The notes under the pieces are model-generated. The model saw only the letters and a program-made list of their open reading frames with translations, ran no database searches and was not told the DNA's origin. A stretch of DNA of 61,727 nucleotides from a virus (lineage: Duplodnaviria > Caudoviricetes), in the IMG/VR virus record IMGVR_UViG_3300020061_000007, positions 1-61,727 of that record. One strand, written 5' to 3'. A program made the position numbers and the translations under genes. This document shows, piece by piece, positions 8,820-17,487 of this stretch (the first letter of the stretch is position 1; the number at the start of each line of letters is the position of its first letter).

Positions 8820-8981
8820 ATGACAGACTTAGAAAAAGTAAGGGCCGCTCTGCAAGTGGTATTAGATGCGGTGGATTATACCTCCGGTGCGTGTAGCTTG
8901 ACTGAAAAAGTCGGCGCTGTGCTTTCAAGGGAAGTGCTTGTGCTGGCGAATAAAGCTTTAGCGGAGACGAAAGGCGGGTGA
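8820..8981 (+). CDS. Hypothetical protein (53 aa)
   Basis: Bounded by two junction repeats. Confidence 0.55.
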   Translation: MTDLEKVRAALQVVLDAVDYTSGACSLTEKVGAVLSREVLVLANKALAETKGG

Positions 8982-8984
8982 GCC

Positions 8985-9281
8985 GTGGCTAAACTTGAAC
9001 CGCTAAGCGAAGACGAAATTAGTGCATTGGTTGAGTTCCCGTTTGCGCTTGGTGATACCGGCAAGCGGCTAGTGTTGTCATGGGCAGTCGCCAAGGCGGA
9101 AGCGGAGCAGGTAGCGTTTAACGAGCACGAAGTCGTTCTGGAGGAGGACCGACATGGGCAATTGAACGTCAAGACATGCTTGTCTTGTCATGGAGGCGAT
9201 CCACGCCACTCGTGGACTAATGCCGACTGGCTCACTGCAGTCCTGCAACGAATCGGCTGGAAAGAGGTGAGCCGTGGCTGA
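8985..9281 (+). CDS. Hypothetical protein
   Basis: GTG start in the junction repeat; CLSC. Confidence 0.6.
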   Translation: MAKLEPLSEDEISALVEFPFALGDTGKRLVLSWAVAKAEAEQVAFNEHEVVLEEDRHGQLNVKTCLSCHGGDPRHSWTNADWLTAVLQRIGWKEVSRG

Positions 9282-9639
9282 TATCGAGGCGGAATTATTA
9301 AAGCGGATGCCGTGCCACCGATTTGGTGTTGTAGGGCATATATGCGATTCGCGCTATTCCGTGTGGTGCGTAATGTGCGAAGCCCGTCCCGCCGTGGCGG
9401 AGTTTTGCCGAGGGCTGGTGGCGAATCAGCATGACGAGGACTGTGACACGCGAGACGCCATGATTCAGGGCAAGCCGTGCAACTGCTATGTGCTCATTGG
9501 CAAAAAGTATCGATCAGCATTAGCCAAAGTTGCCGAGCTTGAGCAGGAAAACAAAATATTGCGGGAAGCCGTCAATCTCAACGCAGAGGAATCAAGGTTA
9601 TGGGCGATGAAATACGCGGAACTAAAAGATGACAAATAA
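9274..9639 (+). CDS. Cys-rich hypothetical protein with coiled-coil tail
   Basis: GTG start in the junction repeat. Confidence 0.6.
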   Translation: MADIEAELLKRMPCHRFGVVGHICDSRYSVWCVMCEARPAVAEFCRGLVANQHDEDCDTRDAMIQGKPCNCYVLIGKKYRSALAKVAELEQENKILREAVNLNAEESRLWAMKYAELKDDK

Positions 9640-9790
9640 GCGAAAGCGCAAACCGCCAAGCACGCTCAACCTATGCTGCAATGTCATTTATCACGTCCGC
9701 AAGATGGCGTCGATGGAATCGGGTAAAGCGGCGTTTAAGCATCATTTGGCGTTTGCCAAGAAGTATTTGAAGGAGGTGAGTCGTGGCTGA
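9629..9790 (+). CDS. Small basic protein (53 aa)
   Basis: MTNKRKRK...KEVSRG; ends in a junction repeat like 8985..9281. Confidence 0.5.
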   Translation: MTNKRKRKPPSTLNLCCNVIYHVRKMASMESGKAAFKHHLAFAKKYLKEVSRG

Positions 9791-10244
9791 GCATGGAAAA
9801 ACTTGTGAGAAAGCGCCGCATAAAGGCGATTATTGCGATCCAGCGGGGAAGCATCTAACCCGCGAAGAATTAAAGAAAATTCTGCGTCAACACTCAATTG
9901 CCGAGCTTGAGCAGCGTTGCTCGAATTACGAGAACGAAATAGGCGAGTCATGCCCAGAGGATTATAGCGTGAAAGAGACCGTTGATGCTTTGCGCAAGCG
10001 AGTTGCCGAGCTTGAGCAGGAACTAAAAGAGCTTTATGCGCTCAGCGTGCAAAGGGATCTCTACTATGCGAACCAGCTAGCCGCAGAGCGGGCCTCGCGG
10101 GAGAAGATTTTCGATGATGCGACGATGTTGAACGTGGCCGAGGCGGAAAAGGTGGGCATGCAATATGTCACGATGACATTTAGGACTGAGTTTATTCGGA
10201 AGATGCGCACCGCCGCCCAAGCCGAGAGCGAGCGCAAGGAATGA
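9783..10244 (+). CDS. Coiled-coil hypothetical protein
   Basis: RBS AAGGAGG; AELEQ repeats. Confidence 0.65.
   Translation: MAEHGKTCEKAPHKGDYCDPAGKHLTREELKKILRQHSIAELEQRCSNYENEIGESCPEDYSVKETVDALRKRVAELEQELKELYALSVQRDLYYANQLAAERASREKIFDDATMLNVAEAEKVGMQYVTMTFRTEFIRKMRTAAQAESERKE
9828..9896 (+). repeat. 69-bp direct repeat, copy 1 (copy 2 at 11136-11204)
   Basis: 67/69 identical; both copies encode DYCDPAGKHLTREELKKILRQHS. Confidence 0.95.
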
Positions 10245-10286
10245 TCAAGAAAAACTTGATCATTCGCCGTTATAGATAAAAAAATA

Positions 10287-10952
10287 TTAGTGGAATTGCC
10301 CGAGCCATTTGCCTTGTTCGCTCTTTGAGCAAAACCACAGATTACTACGAGCCCCATACTTAGTTTGGCCCGAGTTCCGCGTTAAAGGTTTACCGCAAAA
10401 TGAACAGGGTTTAGTGATCCATAGACACGGCCTGCAAATCTGCTCTTTTCGTTCTCTAGTAAATTCTTTGCCGCATCTTTTGCACATGCCGATTTTGGAA
10501 CATGAGGCGCAGAGGTTCCTATAATCCCGGTGGTTGCGTGGTTTTTCGGCCGCGCAGCGTGGACAACGGGCTAGTCGTCTGCGATTTAGAAGCATTTCGA
10601 TAAATTGACAGTTGCTTAGTTGGTAATTCCCGTCAGGGTCTATGCGGTCGATGGAAGGCTGCGTCATTGAGTCCGCGTTGTCGCGATTCCATAGGTGCTG
10701 TAAGTCGGTTAGGGTGAGCAGGTTTTTAATTCCCCTTCCGCCGTAATTTTCGTATCTATGTGTGCCGGGGTAGTTGCATCGAAGATTGATATTGCTTTGT
10801 ATCTTTTTGAGTTTTCTAAGTGTTGGAGTATTTAGCGAATGGGGTTTGATTTCGATTGTGCCGTTCCTTGCTGCCTGTTGGTAGTGTGATTGGCAGAAGC
10901 CGCGTGCAAAGGGAGGTTTGGAACATTGGGAGCAATGGATTTGCGCAATCAT
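10287..10952 (-). CDS. HNH homing endonuclease with zinc fingers
   Basis: YGGRGI, SIDRIDPDGNYQLSNCQF; multiple CxxC; opposite strand to neighbours. Confidence 0.85.
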   Translation of the reverse strand: MIAQIHCSQCSKPPFARGFCQSHYQQAARNGTIEIKPHSLNTPTLRKLKKIQSNINLRCNYPGTHRYENYGGRGIKNLLTLTDLQHLWNRDNADSMTQPSIDRIDPDGNYQLSNCQFIEMLLNRRRLARCPRCAAEKPRNHRDYRNLCASCSKIGMCKRCGKEFTRERKEQICRPCLWITKPCSFCGKPLTRNSGQTKYGARSNLWFCSKSEQGKWLGQFH

Positions 10953-11082
10953 TATGACCTCATCTTAGTGATAGTAGTATAATGATTTTATCTATATAGA
11001 GCAAGAAATGTGTAGACTTCCACCAGTAATAGGCGCAATGGCTTAAAGCTGATGAAGGCACCTCATTTCCTCGTCTGGCTGG

Positions 11083-11117
11083 CGGGACTCGCCATGTAGG
11101 TGGCGGGTTTCGTTTTT
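11083..11117 (+). terminator. Intrinsic terminator-like hairpin
   Basis: CGGGACTCGCCA/TGGCGGGTTTCG stem followed by TTTTT. Confidence 0.6.
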
Positions 11118-11123
11118 CTCTCC

Positions 11124-11315
11124 ATGAATGAAACAGATTATTGCGATCCGGCCGGGAAGCATCTAACCCGCGAAGAATTAAAGAAAATTCTGCGTCAACA
11201 CTCACACCCTCAGTTCAATTGGTGGAATCCAAAGAGTCGGCGGCTAATTCCCGCGGATGGTCAAGACCGGCCGCCGCCCGGGGTGAGGTCGGGCAGGGAC
11301 ATATCGAGGCTGTGA
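11124..11315 (+). CDS. Hypothetical protein sharing a 23-aa module with 9783..10244
   Basis: ATG at 11124; repeat differences are synonymous. Confidence 0.5.
   Translation: MNETDYCDPAGKHLTREELKKILRQHSHPQFNWWNPKSRRLIPADGQDRPPPGVRSGRDISRL
11136..11204 (+). repeat. 69-bp direct repeat, copy 2
   Basis: See 9828-9896. Confidence 0.95.
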
Positions 11316-11500
11316 CCACCCTCGCCGAAGCGCTCGCGCTATCCGTCCAGTGCGAACACTGCGGCGCGCGTATGTGGCCGGTCGAACAGTTAAAGCTGCA
11401 CATGGCGATTCACGAACTCAAGAAGATGGTCTATGACAGCCAACTGGCGGTGGTGCAACGGATGTTTCGCAGGATGCGGGACAGCGCGGGGTGGGGGTAA
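11312..11500 (+). CDS. Small C2H2-type zinc-finger protein
   Basis: GTGA coupling; CEHC...LKLHMAIH. Confidence 0.55.
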   Translation: MTTLAEALALSVQCEHCGARMWPVEQLKLHMAIHELKKMVYDSQLAVVQRMFRRMRDSAGWG

Positions 11501-11506
11501 GTCCCC

Positions 11507-11827
11507 ATGAACGAGTGGGACCAAATCAACAAAGTCCTGGCCAAGCTCGACAAGATCGAGCGGGTCCGCGAACAGCGCTGGCGCAAGATGGAATTCAGCG
11601 CGATGGCGGAAGGGCTCAGCGACGGTGAAGAGTCCGAAGAGCTGACCGAGCGGGAAGCTTGGGACGCCCGGCTGACGCCGATGCAGCAACGAATGAATGA
11701 GCGACGCGGATCGATTACCGAGTTGATGAAGCATGGTACCAACCATTCCCAGATCGCGCGGGTGCTCAGAATTTCCCGTGGGACCGTGGAAAAAGACATC
11801 AAGCGATATCATTTGGCGCGACGATAA
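11507..11827 (+). CDS. HTH transcription regulator (LuxR/sigma region 4-like), possible late regulator
   Basis: GTNHSQIARVLRISRGTVEKDI helix-turn-helix. Confidence 0.75.
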   Translation: MNEWDQINKVLAKLDKIERVREQRWRKMEFSAMAEGLSDGEESEELTEREAWDARLTPMQQRMNERRGSITELMKHGTNHSQIARVLRISRGTVEKDIKRYHLARR

Positions 11828-11829
11828 AG

Positions 11830-12177
11830 ATGGCCAAGCGGATTTTAATCAGTATGCTCTTCGTTGTGGCCCTGATGCCCATGGCGCACAGCGGGGAAGG
11901 TAAACGGTTGCAATTTTACCACGTTACTTTTGATTCGCGGATAAGTTCCGCGGCTATGCGCGTGAGAGCGGATGACCGCCTTGATGCCATCTCTAAGATT
12001 GGTTTAACCGCCTGGACAGAGAAAGAGTGGGAAGCATGCGGGGTTTGCAAGGATGTGAAAGTGATTGATTGGATGGCTTCATTCATTACTGAGCACGGTG
12101 GAACTTATCTGGAACCTGTCCCGTTTACCAAGGCACCTAAATTTGAAGTAAAACCCAAAACCAAGGAGAAAGACTAG
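11830..12177 (+). CDS. Hypothetical exported protein
   Basis: Signal-peptide-like MAKRILISMLFVVALMPMAHS. Confidence 0.65.
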   Translation: MAKRILISMLFVVALMPMAHSGEGKRLQFYHVTFDSRISSAAMRVRADDRLDAISKIGLTAWTEKEWEACGVCKDVKVIDWMASFITEHGGTYLEPVPFTKAPKFEVKPKTKEKD

Positions 12178-12444
12178 ATGAAAATCCGAACCGTCCTCGT
12201 CGTTCTAGCAATCATGCTACTCACGACATTTCCAGTATTCGCAGCCGATGCCCCGGCCAAAGCCCCGGCGGTGGATCCAAACGCGCCGATCAGTATAGAA
12301 ACGCTCGCCAACAGCCGGGCGGTGGTGACAGACCGGATTCAACAGTTGCAAGCAGCGCTGGCGCAATTGGAAGGCAACAAGAAGCAGTTGGATGCCGAGA
12401 TCGAGCGCCGGGTGGCTGCGGATAAGGCGAAGGCGAAGAAATAA
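12178..12444 (+). CDS. Exported coiled-coil protein
   Basis: RBS AAGGAG; signal peptide ending VFA-A; heptad region. Confidence 0.7.
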   Translation: MKIRTVLVVLAIMLLTTFPVFAADAPAKAPAVDPNAPISIETLANSRAVVTDRIQQLQAALAQLEGNKKQLDAEIERRVAADKAKAKK

Positions 12445-12695
12445 GCAGTGAGTACGAAACGGAAAACCTCGGCGGCTCTGCTTATGGCGCATCTGTGGGG
12501 TATGTATGGACGCGGGTCACCCATCGGCGACCGGATACTGACCGTCAGGCGCTCAATTAGATCCACTGTTGAGCTTGGGCGCTTTGTTCGAATGTGTCCG
12601 GGCGGTCATCACGCTTGGTTCGAAAGCAATGTTGGGCTGGTAAGAAAGCCGTACTATAGCGAAGGCTAAGGGTAAGTAAAATCAAATAAAACCAT

Positions 12696-12992
12696 ATGCC
12701 ATTCAAGAAGGGCCAGCGTCATCCCAATCAGGGAGGCCCGCAAAAAGGATCAGGCAGACCGACAAATGAGAAACGGGCAAAAGATTTAGCGGCTGCTGAG
12801 ATTGTTCAAAGAGAGCTCGAAAAAGATATTGGGGGATCGGCGCGTCATTATCTCAAGCGGTCACGGAAAAACGACAAGGTTTTAATGCACTTGATCGACA
12901 AATTTATGCCGGCCGCCAAGCAGGAGCTCCAGATAAGCGGCGGGCTAAAGATCGTGCGGGTGGATGCTTTCGATCCGAGTAAGGTTAAATGA
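12696..12992 (+). CDS. terS: Terminase small subunit
   Basis: MPFKKGQ...GRP N-terminus; upstream of TerL. Confidence 0.7.
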   Translation: MPFKKGQRHPNQGGPQKGSGRPTNEKRAKDLAAAEIVQRELEKDIGGSARHYLKRSRKNDKVLMHLIDKFMPAAKQELQISGGLKIVRVDAFDPSKVK

Positions 12993-12994
12993 TG

Positions 12995-13068
12995 GCCTGG
13001 GTAGCTCAATGGCAGAGCCCTCGACCCGTAATCGAGAGATAGAGGTTCGATCCCTCTCGCAGGCTCCA
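12995..13068 (+). tRNA. tRNA-Thr (anticodon CGT)
   Basis: Cloverleaf: acceptor GCCTGGG/CGCAGGC, D-arm AGCTCAATGGCAGAGC, anticodon stem CTCGA/TCGAG with loop CCCGTAA, T-loop TTCGATC, CCA end. Confidence 0.88.
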
Positions 13069-13243
13069 AAGAACTGAAAATGAAAACTAAGGTGATAGTC
13101 GTCCAGACAAAGCCGAGTCCTACCCATTGGGCGGCAAAAGCGCTGAAGACTCAGAAGGTGCAGAGAAAGCGCAAGCTGCGGGTGGTAAAGAGCAAATGAT
13201 TAGCCAAGCCGTCGAAAACGAAACGCTCATCCGCTATTGGCCG

Positions 13244-13681
13244 TTAATGCCGATGGAGGGCGGCGTGGCAGAAGGAGCAGAGCCAAATCACATCAAGGGC
13301 TTTAGTATAGTCATGATGATGGCCCTGGATCTTTGCTTTCGGAAGCTCTTTGTTGCAGCCGTCGCATTTGGTGGGCTTAATTACTTTGCCAGTTTTAACC
13401 GCATGCCAAAGCGCTTTTTTGGCTTTTCCTTTAAGTGTCTTATTTCGCTTTGCCTGTTCGAGTGCCTCTTTGGCGCGGACCCTGCGGTGGTATTCGGTTC
13501 TGTATCGGAGGCGTTTTTCTCTGAAAACTGGATCGTTGAGTCTTTTATTTCTCTCCCATTCGCTATGGTATTGTTTCCATTTTTCAAGATGGTTGAGTCT
13601 GTATTGTTTAGCGAGTTCGTTGATTCTAACTTTGTTCTTTGCGTAGTAAGCGCGGGACTCTTCAATAGTTCTATTAGGCAT
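13244..13681 (-). CDS. HNH endonuclease-like protein
   Basis: CDGC...GHHHDYTKALDVIWLCSFCH. Confidence 0.8.
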   Translation of the reverse strand: MPNRTIEESRAYYAKNKVRINELAKQYRLNHLEKWKQYHSEWERNKRLNDPVFREKRLRYRTEYHRRVRAKEALEQAKRNKTLKGKAKKALWHAVKTGKVIKPTKCDGCNKELPKAKIQGHHHDYTKALDVIWLCSFCHAALHRH

Positions 13682-13710
13682 TCACTAGTAGGGACATAGT
13701 AGACGCTAAA

Positions 13711-15159
13711 ATGCAAGCTACGGCGGAACAAACGATTTCTTACTGGCCCGGCCCCACGGCGCAGAGGGCGCATTGCGGCAATGTTCGGGTCCGTTACGCC
13801 TGGGGGCCGATCCGCACGGGTAAAAGTGTTTGGCTTTGCTGGCGTTTCTTCTACATGGCGGTGGAAGCGGCGAAGCTCGGCATCAGCCTGCGCGGGATTA
13901 TCCTAAGAGATACATACCGCAACTTGAAGGATACGACACTCAACACTTTCGATTCCTGGCTCGGCCCGCTGTGCGAGATCACCGAATCGACGCCGCGCAC
14001 TGTCAGATTGCACATCCCCGACACCGATATCACCGCGGAGCTGCTTTTCCGTCATGGTCAGACGGCCGCGGAAGCCAGCAACTTTCTATCATCCGGCTAC
14101 GGCTTCATCGGCCTCGAGGAAATCGCGCCGGCATTCACACCGAGCGGGATCATGTCGCCGGGTATCAGTGAAGAGATTTTTAACATCGCCTGTACCCGTC
14201 TTGAGCAGACCGGCATCGACAATCCCGAGCTCTGCATGACCTCGAACCCGCCTCCGATGCACCATTGGGCCTCGCGCCTGTTGATCGATGCCCCGGCGGC
14301 GAAGCTCAAAGACTTGAACTGGCGGCACTATTGGTTCCCGCCCGAGGAGAATGCGGAAAACATCCGTGCTGGGTTCTATGACGAACTCTTAAAGATCCTT
14401 CCCGCAGACATGGCCGATCGGTTCATTCGCGGTAAGCGGGTCGCGATGTATCCCGGCCTGCCCGTCTTTCAAAAGGATTTTTCAGAGAGAATGCACGTCG
14501 TCGAGGATTTGAAGCCGATTCACGGATTGCCCCTTACGCTATGCGTGGACAGCTCAGGATGGACGCCAGCAGCTTTGTTTACACAGGTCGACCATAAGGG
14601 CCGGTGGCTCTGGCTGCGCGAGCTGCAGGGCGGCTATGTCGACGGTAAGCTGGTCGAACAGGTCGGGCCGGTCAGATTTGCCGATGAGTGCAAGACCATG
14701 GCGAACGAGTATTTCCCTGGCTTTTCGTTCAAGGTCGGCTGGGGCGATCCGTTCGCGCTGACTGCTAAAGCGTCGACCGGTCCCAACAAGAGCGACGAGA
14801 AGTCTTGGCAGCAGATTTTCAAGGCGCAGGGATTCGAGCTGCAGCCGGGGATACCGGCGATCACCGATCGCATTGAAGGCGTCAGAGAGCGGTTGAATAA
14901 AGTCATTGAGGGCACGCCCGGCATTCAGATCGATAAGCTTGGCTGTCCGATCTCGATCGAGGCGTTGTCGGGCGGCTATCGTTGGGGGTTGGATACGCAC
15001 GCGAGCAAGATTACCGGGACGGAGCCGTTGAAAAATGAGTTTTCGCACGTTTGCGATGCCGCCGGCCACGCCGCCCGCAAGATATTCCCACTTGTGAAGC
15101 TTTACCAACCGGTGAATAAGCCGGCGATGAAACTCCCGCCGAGCGCGATGAGCGCCTAG
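13711..15159 (+). CDS. terL: Terminase large subunit
   Basis: Walker A GPIRTGKS, Walker B-like IGLEE, TSNPP coupling motif, C-terminal nuclease (GDP, SHVCDA). Confidence 0.92.
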   Translation: MQATAEQTISYWPGPTAQRAHCGNVRVRYAWGPIRTGKSVWLCWRFFYMAVEAAKLGISLRGIILRDTYRNLKDTTLNTFDSWLGPLCEITESTPRTVRLHIPDTDITAELLFRHGQTAAEASNFLSSGYGFIGLEEIAPAFTPSGIMSPGISEEIFNIACTRLEQTGIDNPELCMTSNPPPMHHWASRLLIDAPAAKLKDLNWRHYWFPPEENAENIRAGFYDELLKILPADMADRFIRGKRVAMYPGLPVFQKDFSERMHVVEDLKPIHGLPLTLCVDSSGWTPAALFTQVDHKGRWLWLRELQGGYVDGKLVEQVGPVRFADECKTMANEYFPGFSFKVGWGDPFALTAKASTGPNKSDEKSWQQIFKAQGFELQPGIPAITDRIEGVRERLNKVIEGTPGIQIDKLGCPISIEALSGGYRWGLDTHASKITGTEPLKNEFSHVCDAAGHAARKIFPLVKLYQPVNKPAMKLPPSAMSA

Positions 15160-15196
15160 TTGACGAACAATGGAAGCCTGCGCCATAGTTTCGCAC

Positions 15197-15562
15197 ATGG
15201 GAAAACGCAATTGGGAACGACCCGAAACAGCTGCCGGATTACGGGCGCAGGGTAAAACATTTAGGGAAGTCGGTTCCGTGCTTGGAGTCTCAAGTGCGCG
15301 CGCCGCGCAGTTGGTTGAATCCTGGCAACGAAGGCAAACGGAGCCGGATTTTGTATCTGTAAGGGCAATGAACGCTTTAGTGAATCTCGGGATAGAAATC
15401 ACCGATCAAACAGACCCTGACACAGTGCGGGATAAAGTTAGAGAGAAGTTTTTAGTGGACCTTTACCCGTTGCTTCACTGCAAGAATTGCGGGGACAAGA
15501 CAATCGTTGAGATATGCAATTGGGCGGGGATCGATCTTCCGGAGCGGCTGACTAACAAATGA
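15197..15562 (+). CDS. HTH + RNA polymerase alpha-CTD-like protein
   Basis: GKTFREVGSVLGVSSARAAQL HTH; SVRAMNALVNLGI...LLHCKNCGDKTIVEI resembles alpha-CTD (SVRSANCL...NLGKKSLTEI). Confidence 0.7.
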   Translation: MGKRNWERPETAAGLRAQGKTFREVGSVLGVSSARAAQLVESWQRRQTEPDFVSVRAMNALVNLGIEITDQTDPDTVRDKVREKFLVDLYPLLHCKNCGDKTIVEICNWAGIDLPERLTNK

Positions 15563-15742
15563 GATGGAAAGTCTACAAAACTACTTCGACGGTTCTTGCC
15601 GAAGCGGTCTGCGAGTACGAGAAGTTGGTGGAGGCGATTCAGGCCAGGGGCGGGGTGATCGTGCTGGTAAACTTTCTTGGTAGCCAGTGGGTGATTACGG
15701 CGCAGGAGCCGGACGTGGCTCAACTAGATTCGTGAGGAAGCC

Positions 15743-15994
15743 ATGAAGTTTAGAAAAAAGCCAGTGGTGATCGAGGCGATGCAATTTGTCGAAAACTCCG
15801 TGGACGGTTGGCCGGCCGGAGTTTTTAGGGATCGCGACTCACCTACGGGGTACGCGATCGATACGCTTGAAGGTCGAGCGCTAAACGTGGAACCCGGCGA
15901 TTGGATTATTACGGGAGTGAAAGGCGAGCAGTATCCGTGCAAGCCAGACATTTTTGAAGCCACTTATGAGCGCGTCGTAGGAGATTCCCAATGA
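15743..15994 (+). CDS. Conserved small phage protein (PGDYG-like family)
   Basis: KFRKKPVVIEA...TLEG...PGDWIITGVKGEQYPCKPDIF. Confidence 0.8.
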   Translation: MKFRKKPVVIEAMQFVENSVDGWPAGVFRDRDSPTGYAIDTLEGRALNVEPGDWIITGVKGEQYPCKPDIFEATYERVVGDSQ

Positions 15995-16293
15995 ACGAAA
16001 ACAATAAACTCTGCCTCGAAGGCGATCTCGCTAAACCTTTCATGGATCGAAAGGTCGGCGACACGGTGCCGATCACGATCGATGCGGTGGTAACCTCGGT
16101 CGGTGTGCCACCGGTTAACGGTGAGCCGGTGAACGGTGAGCCCCAGCAGCAGGGGGATTACATTGAGTTTGCCTTACAATCAGTTAACGGCAAAGGCGAA
16201 GGCGCTGGTGAGGATATGGACCAAGGGCCAGACTATAAAAACATGGAGAGCGCAGAATTCGAGAAGCACGTTGCGAAAAATCGTGGCTACTAA
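15991..16293 (+). CDS. Hypothetical protein with scaffold-like C-terminus
   Basis: RBS AGGAG; ATGA coupling. Confidence 0.7.
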   Translation: MNENNKLCLEGDLAKPFMDRKVGDTVPITIDAVVTSVGVPPVNGEPVNGEPQQQGDYIEFALQSVNGKGEGAGEDMDQGPDYKNMESAEFEKHVAKNRGY

Positions 16294-16312
16294 AAAGAAA
16301 AGGAGAAAGACA

Positions 16313-16888
16313 ATGGCAGACGCGAACAAAGACAAAGACATGCATAGTGACCCGCATGCACCGGCACCGAGGGCACCGATGAACGCTCCGGCAGTTCATA
16401 CGATGGCGCCGAAGGTAGAAGCGAAGCCCGCACCGGTCAAAGAAGCCCACGAAATGAGCTTCGAGGAGTTCAAGGCGAGCAAGCGGGGTCAGGCGGTTGT
16501 TAAGGCAACTCTTGACAGCCAATCGAAGGACGCAGGGCCGGAAAAGCTCGATCGTATGGCAAAGGCAGCGGTGAGGACGGAGCACCGGGATTCCGTCAGG
16601 GTCGCGTTTCAGCGCGGCGATGTCGTTGCACCGGCGATTTTGGCCGAGTATCCCGATGCCTTCGACGGGACGGTTGATTTGCCCGCGTCGTTTATCTTTG
16701 GGGATTTGCCCGTTACCGTCCGCAAGGCGTCGGTAGCCGAACAGCTCAAACGCCCCGATCCGGCCGGCGCCGAGCTCTATAGCTGGACCGCGACGATCAA
16801 GGGGAACCAGTGCGGAAGTTTTTCGCCGGTCACGGCTTCGGAGTTGGTGCCGGCGGTGTCGGAGTATTTGAAGAACGCGCACGGGTGA
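16313..16888 (+). CDS. Hypothetical protein
   Basis: RBS AAGGAG before ATG 16313. Confidence 0.75.
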   Translation: MADANKDKDMHSDPHAPAPRAPMNAPAVHTMAPKVEAKPAPVKEAHEMSFEEFKASKRGQAVVKATLDSQSKDAGPEKLDRMAKAAVRTEHRDSVRVAFQRGDVVAPAILAEYPDAFDGTVDLPASFIFGDLPVTVRKASVAEQLKRPDPAGAELYSWTATIKGNQCGSFSPVTASELVPAVSEYLKNAHG

Positions 16889-17110
16889 ATGAGCTTCGGA
16901 CTCCGACAGAGTTTCGGCCGGCTGTGCAAGCAAGAAGAGCTTGAATTGCCGGAGTGGGACGAAACGGAACTGAAGCCTAAGTCTAAAATGCCGGATTGCC
17001 CGCGTTGTGGCGAGGATGAGCTTGGAATGCTGCACGCTGAATTAACGATGTGCTATGCCTGCGGATTCAAAATTGGCTCGTGGATCAGCGTGAGCAAGTT
17101 GTTGTCATGA
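16889..17110 (+). CDS. Zinc-ribbon protein
   Basis: CPRC...CYAC. Confidence 0.6.
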   Translation: MSFGLRQSFGRLCKQEELELPEWDETELKPKSKMPDCPRCGEDELGMLHAELTMCYACGFKIGSWISVSKLLS

Positions 17111-17487
17111 GCAAAGCGATCCCCATCCGCCATCGCGTCCGCAGCCTGGTGAAGCCCAAGCGAGACCTCAACGCCGAGAGAGCGCAGACTCTCGTCGATA
17201 CCATGGAAGGTAAATTGAACCCCGCGCCGCGCGAGTTGCCGGTGATGGACTTGAAACAGGCCGTCCAGGCGATCGTTTCCGTCACCTCGAAAGAACCCTG
17301 TTATCTCTGCGAAGGGGCGCCGCACTGCGTTGAAACTTACGTCGTGCCGCACGGACTCGATCGGTTGGGCCAGCACATGATTTTATACACGCTGTGCTTC
17401 GCCTGTAAGGCCGATGTATCTAGTCCGGCGAGGATCGAGTATAAGCTAGTGAAGCACCTTCAATCGGAGAACTCGGTGCTAAATTGA
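17107..17487 (+). CDS. Zinc-finger hypothetical protein
   Basis: ATGA coupling; CYLC...CFAC. Confidence 0.65.
   Translation: MSKAIPIRHRVRSLVKPKRDLNAERAQTLVDTMEGKLNPAPRELPVMDLKQAVQAIVSVTSKEPCYLCEGAPHCVETYVVPHGLDRLGQHMILYTLCFACKADVSSPARIEYKLVKHLQSENSVLN

Noticed and set aside
8513-9790. CRISPR array
   Set aside because: Repeats are degenerate and spaced 170-510 bp apart by ORFs; no cas genes.
9828-11204. Diversity-generating retroelement TR/VR pair
   Set aside because: Only two synonymous mismatches and no reverse transcriptase in the genome.
13127-13699. 190-aa plus-strand ORF
   Set aside because: Antisense shadow of the HNH gene 13244..13681.
15743-15994. Naming this protein as a known anti-CBASS/Thoeris sponge
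   Set aside because: I cannot match it to Acb2, Tad1 or Tad2 motifs by eye; a structural search is needed.
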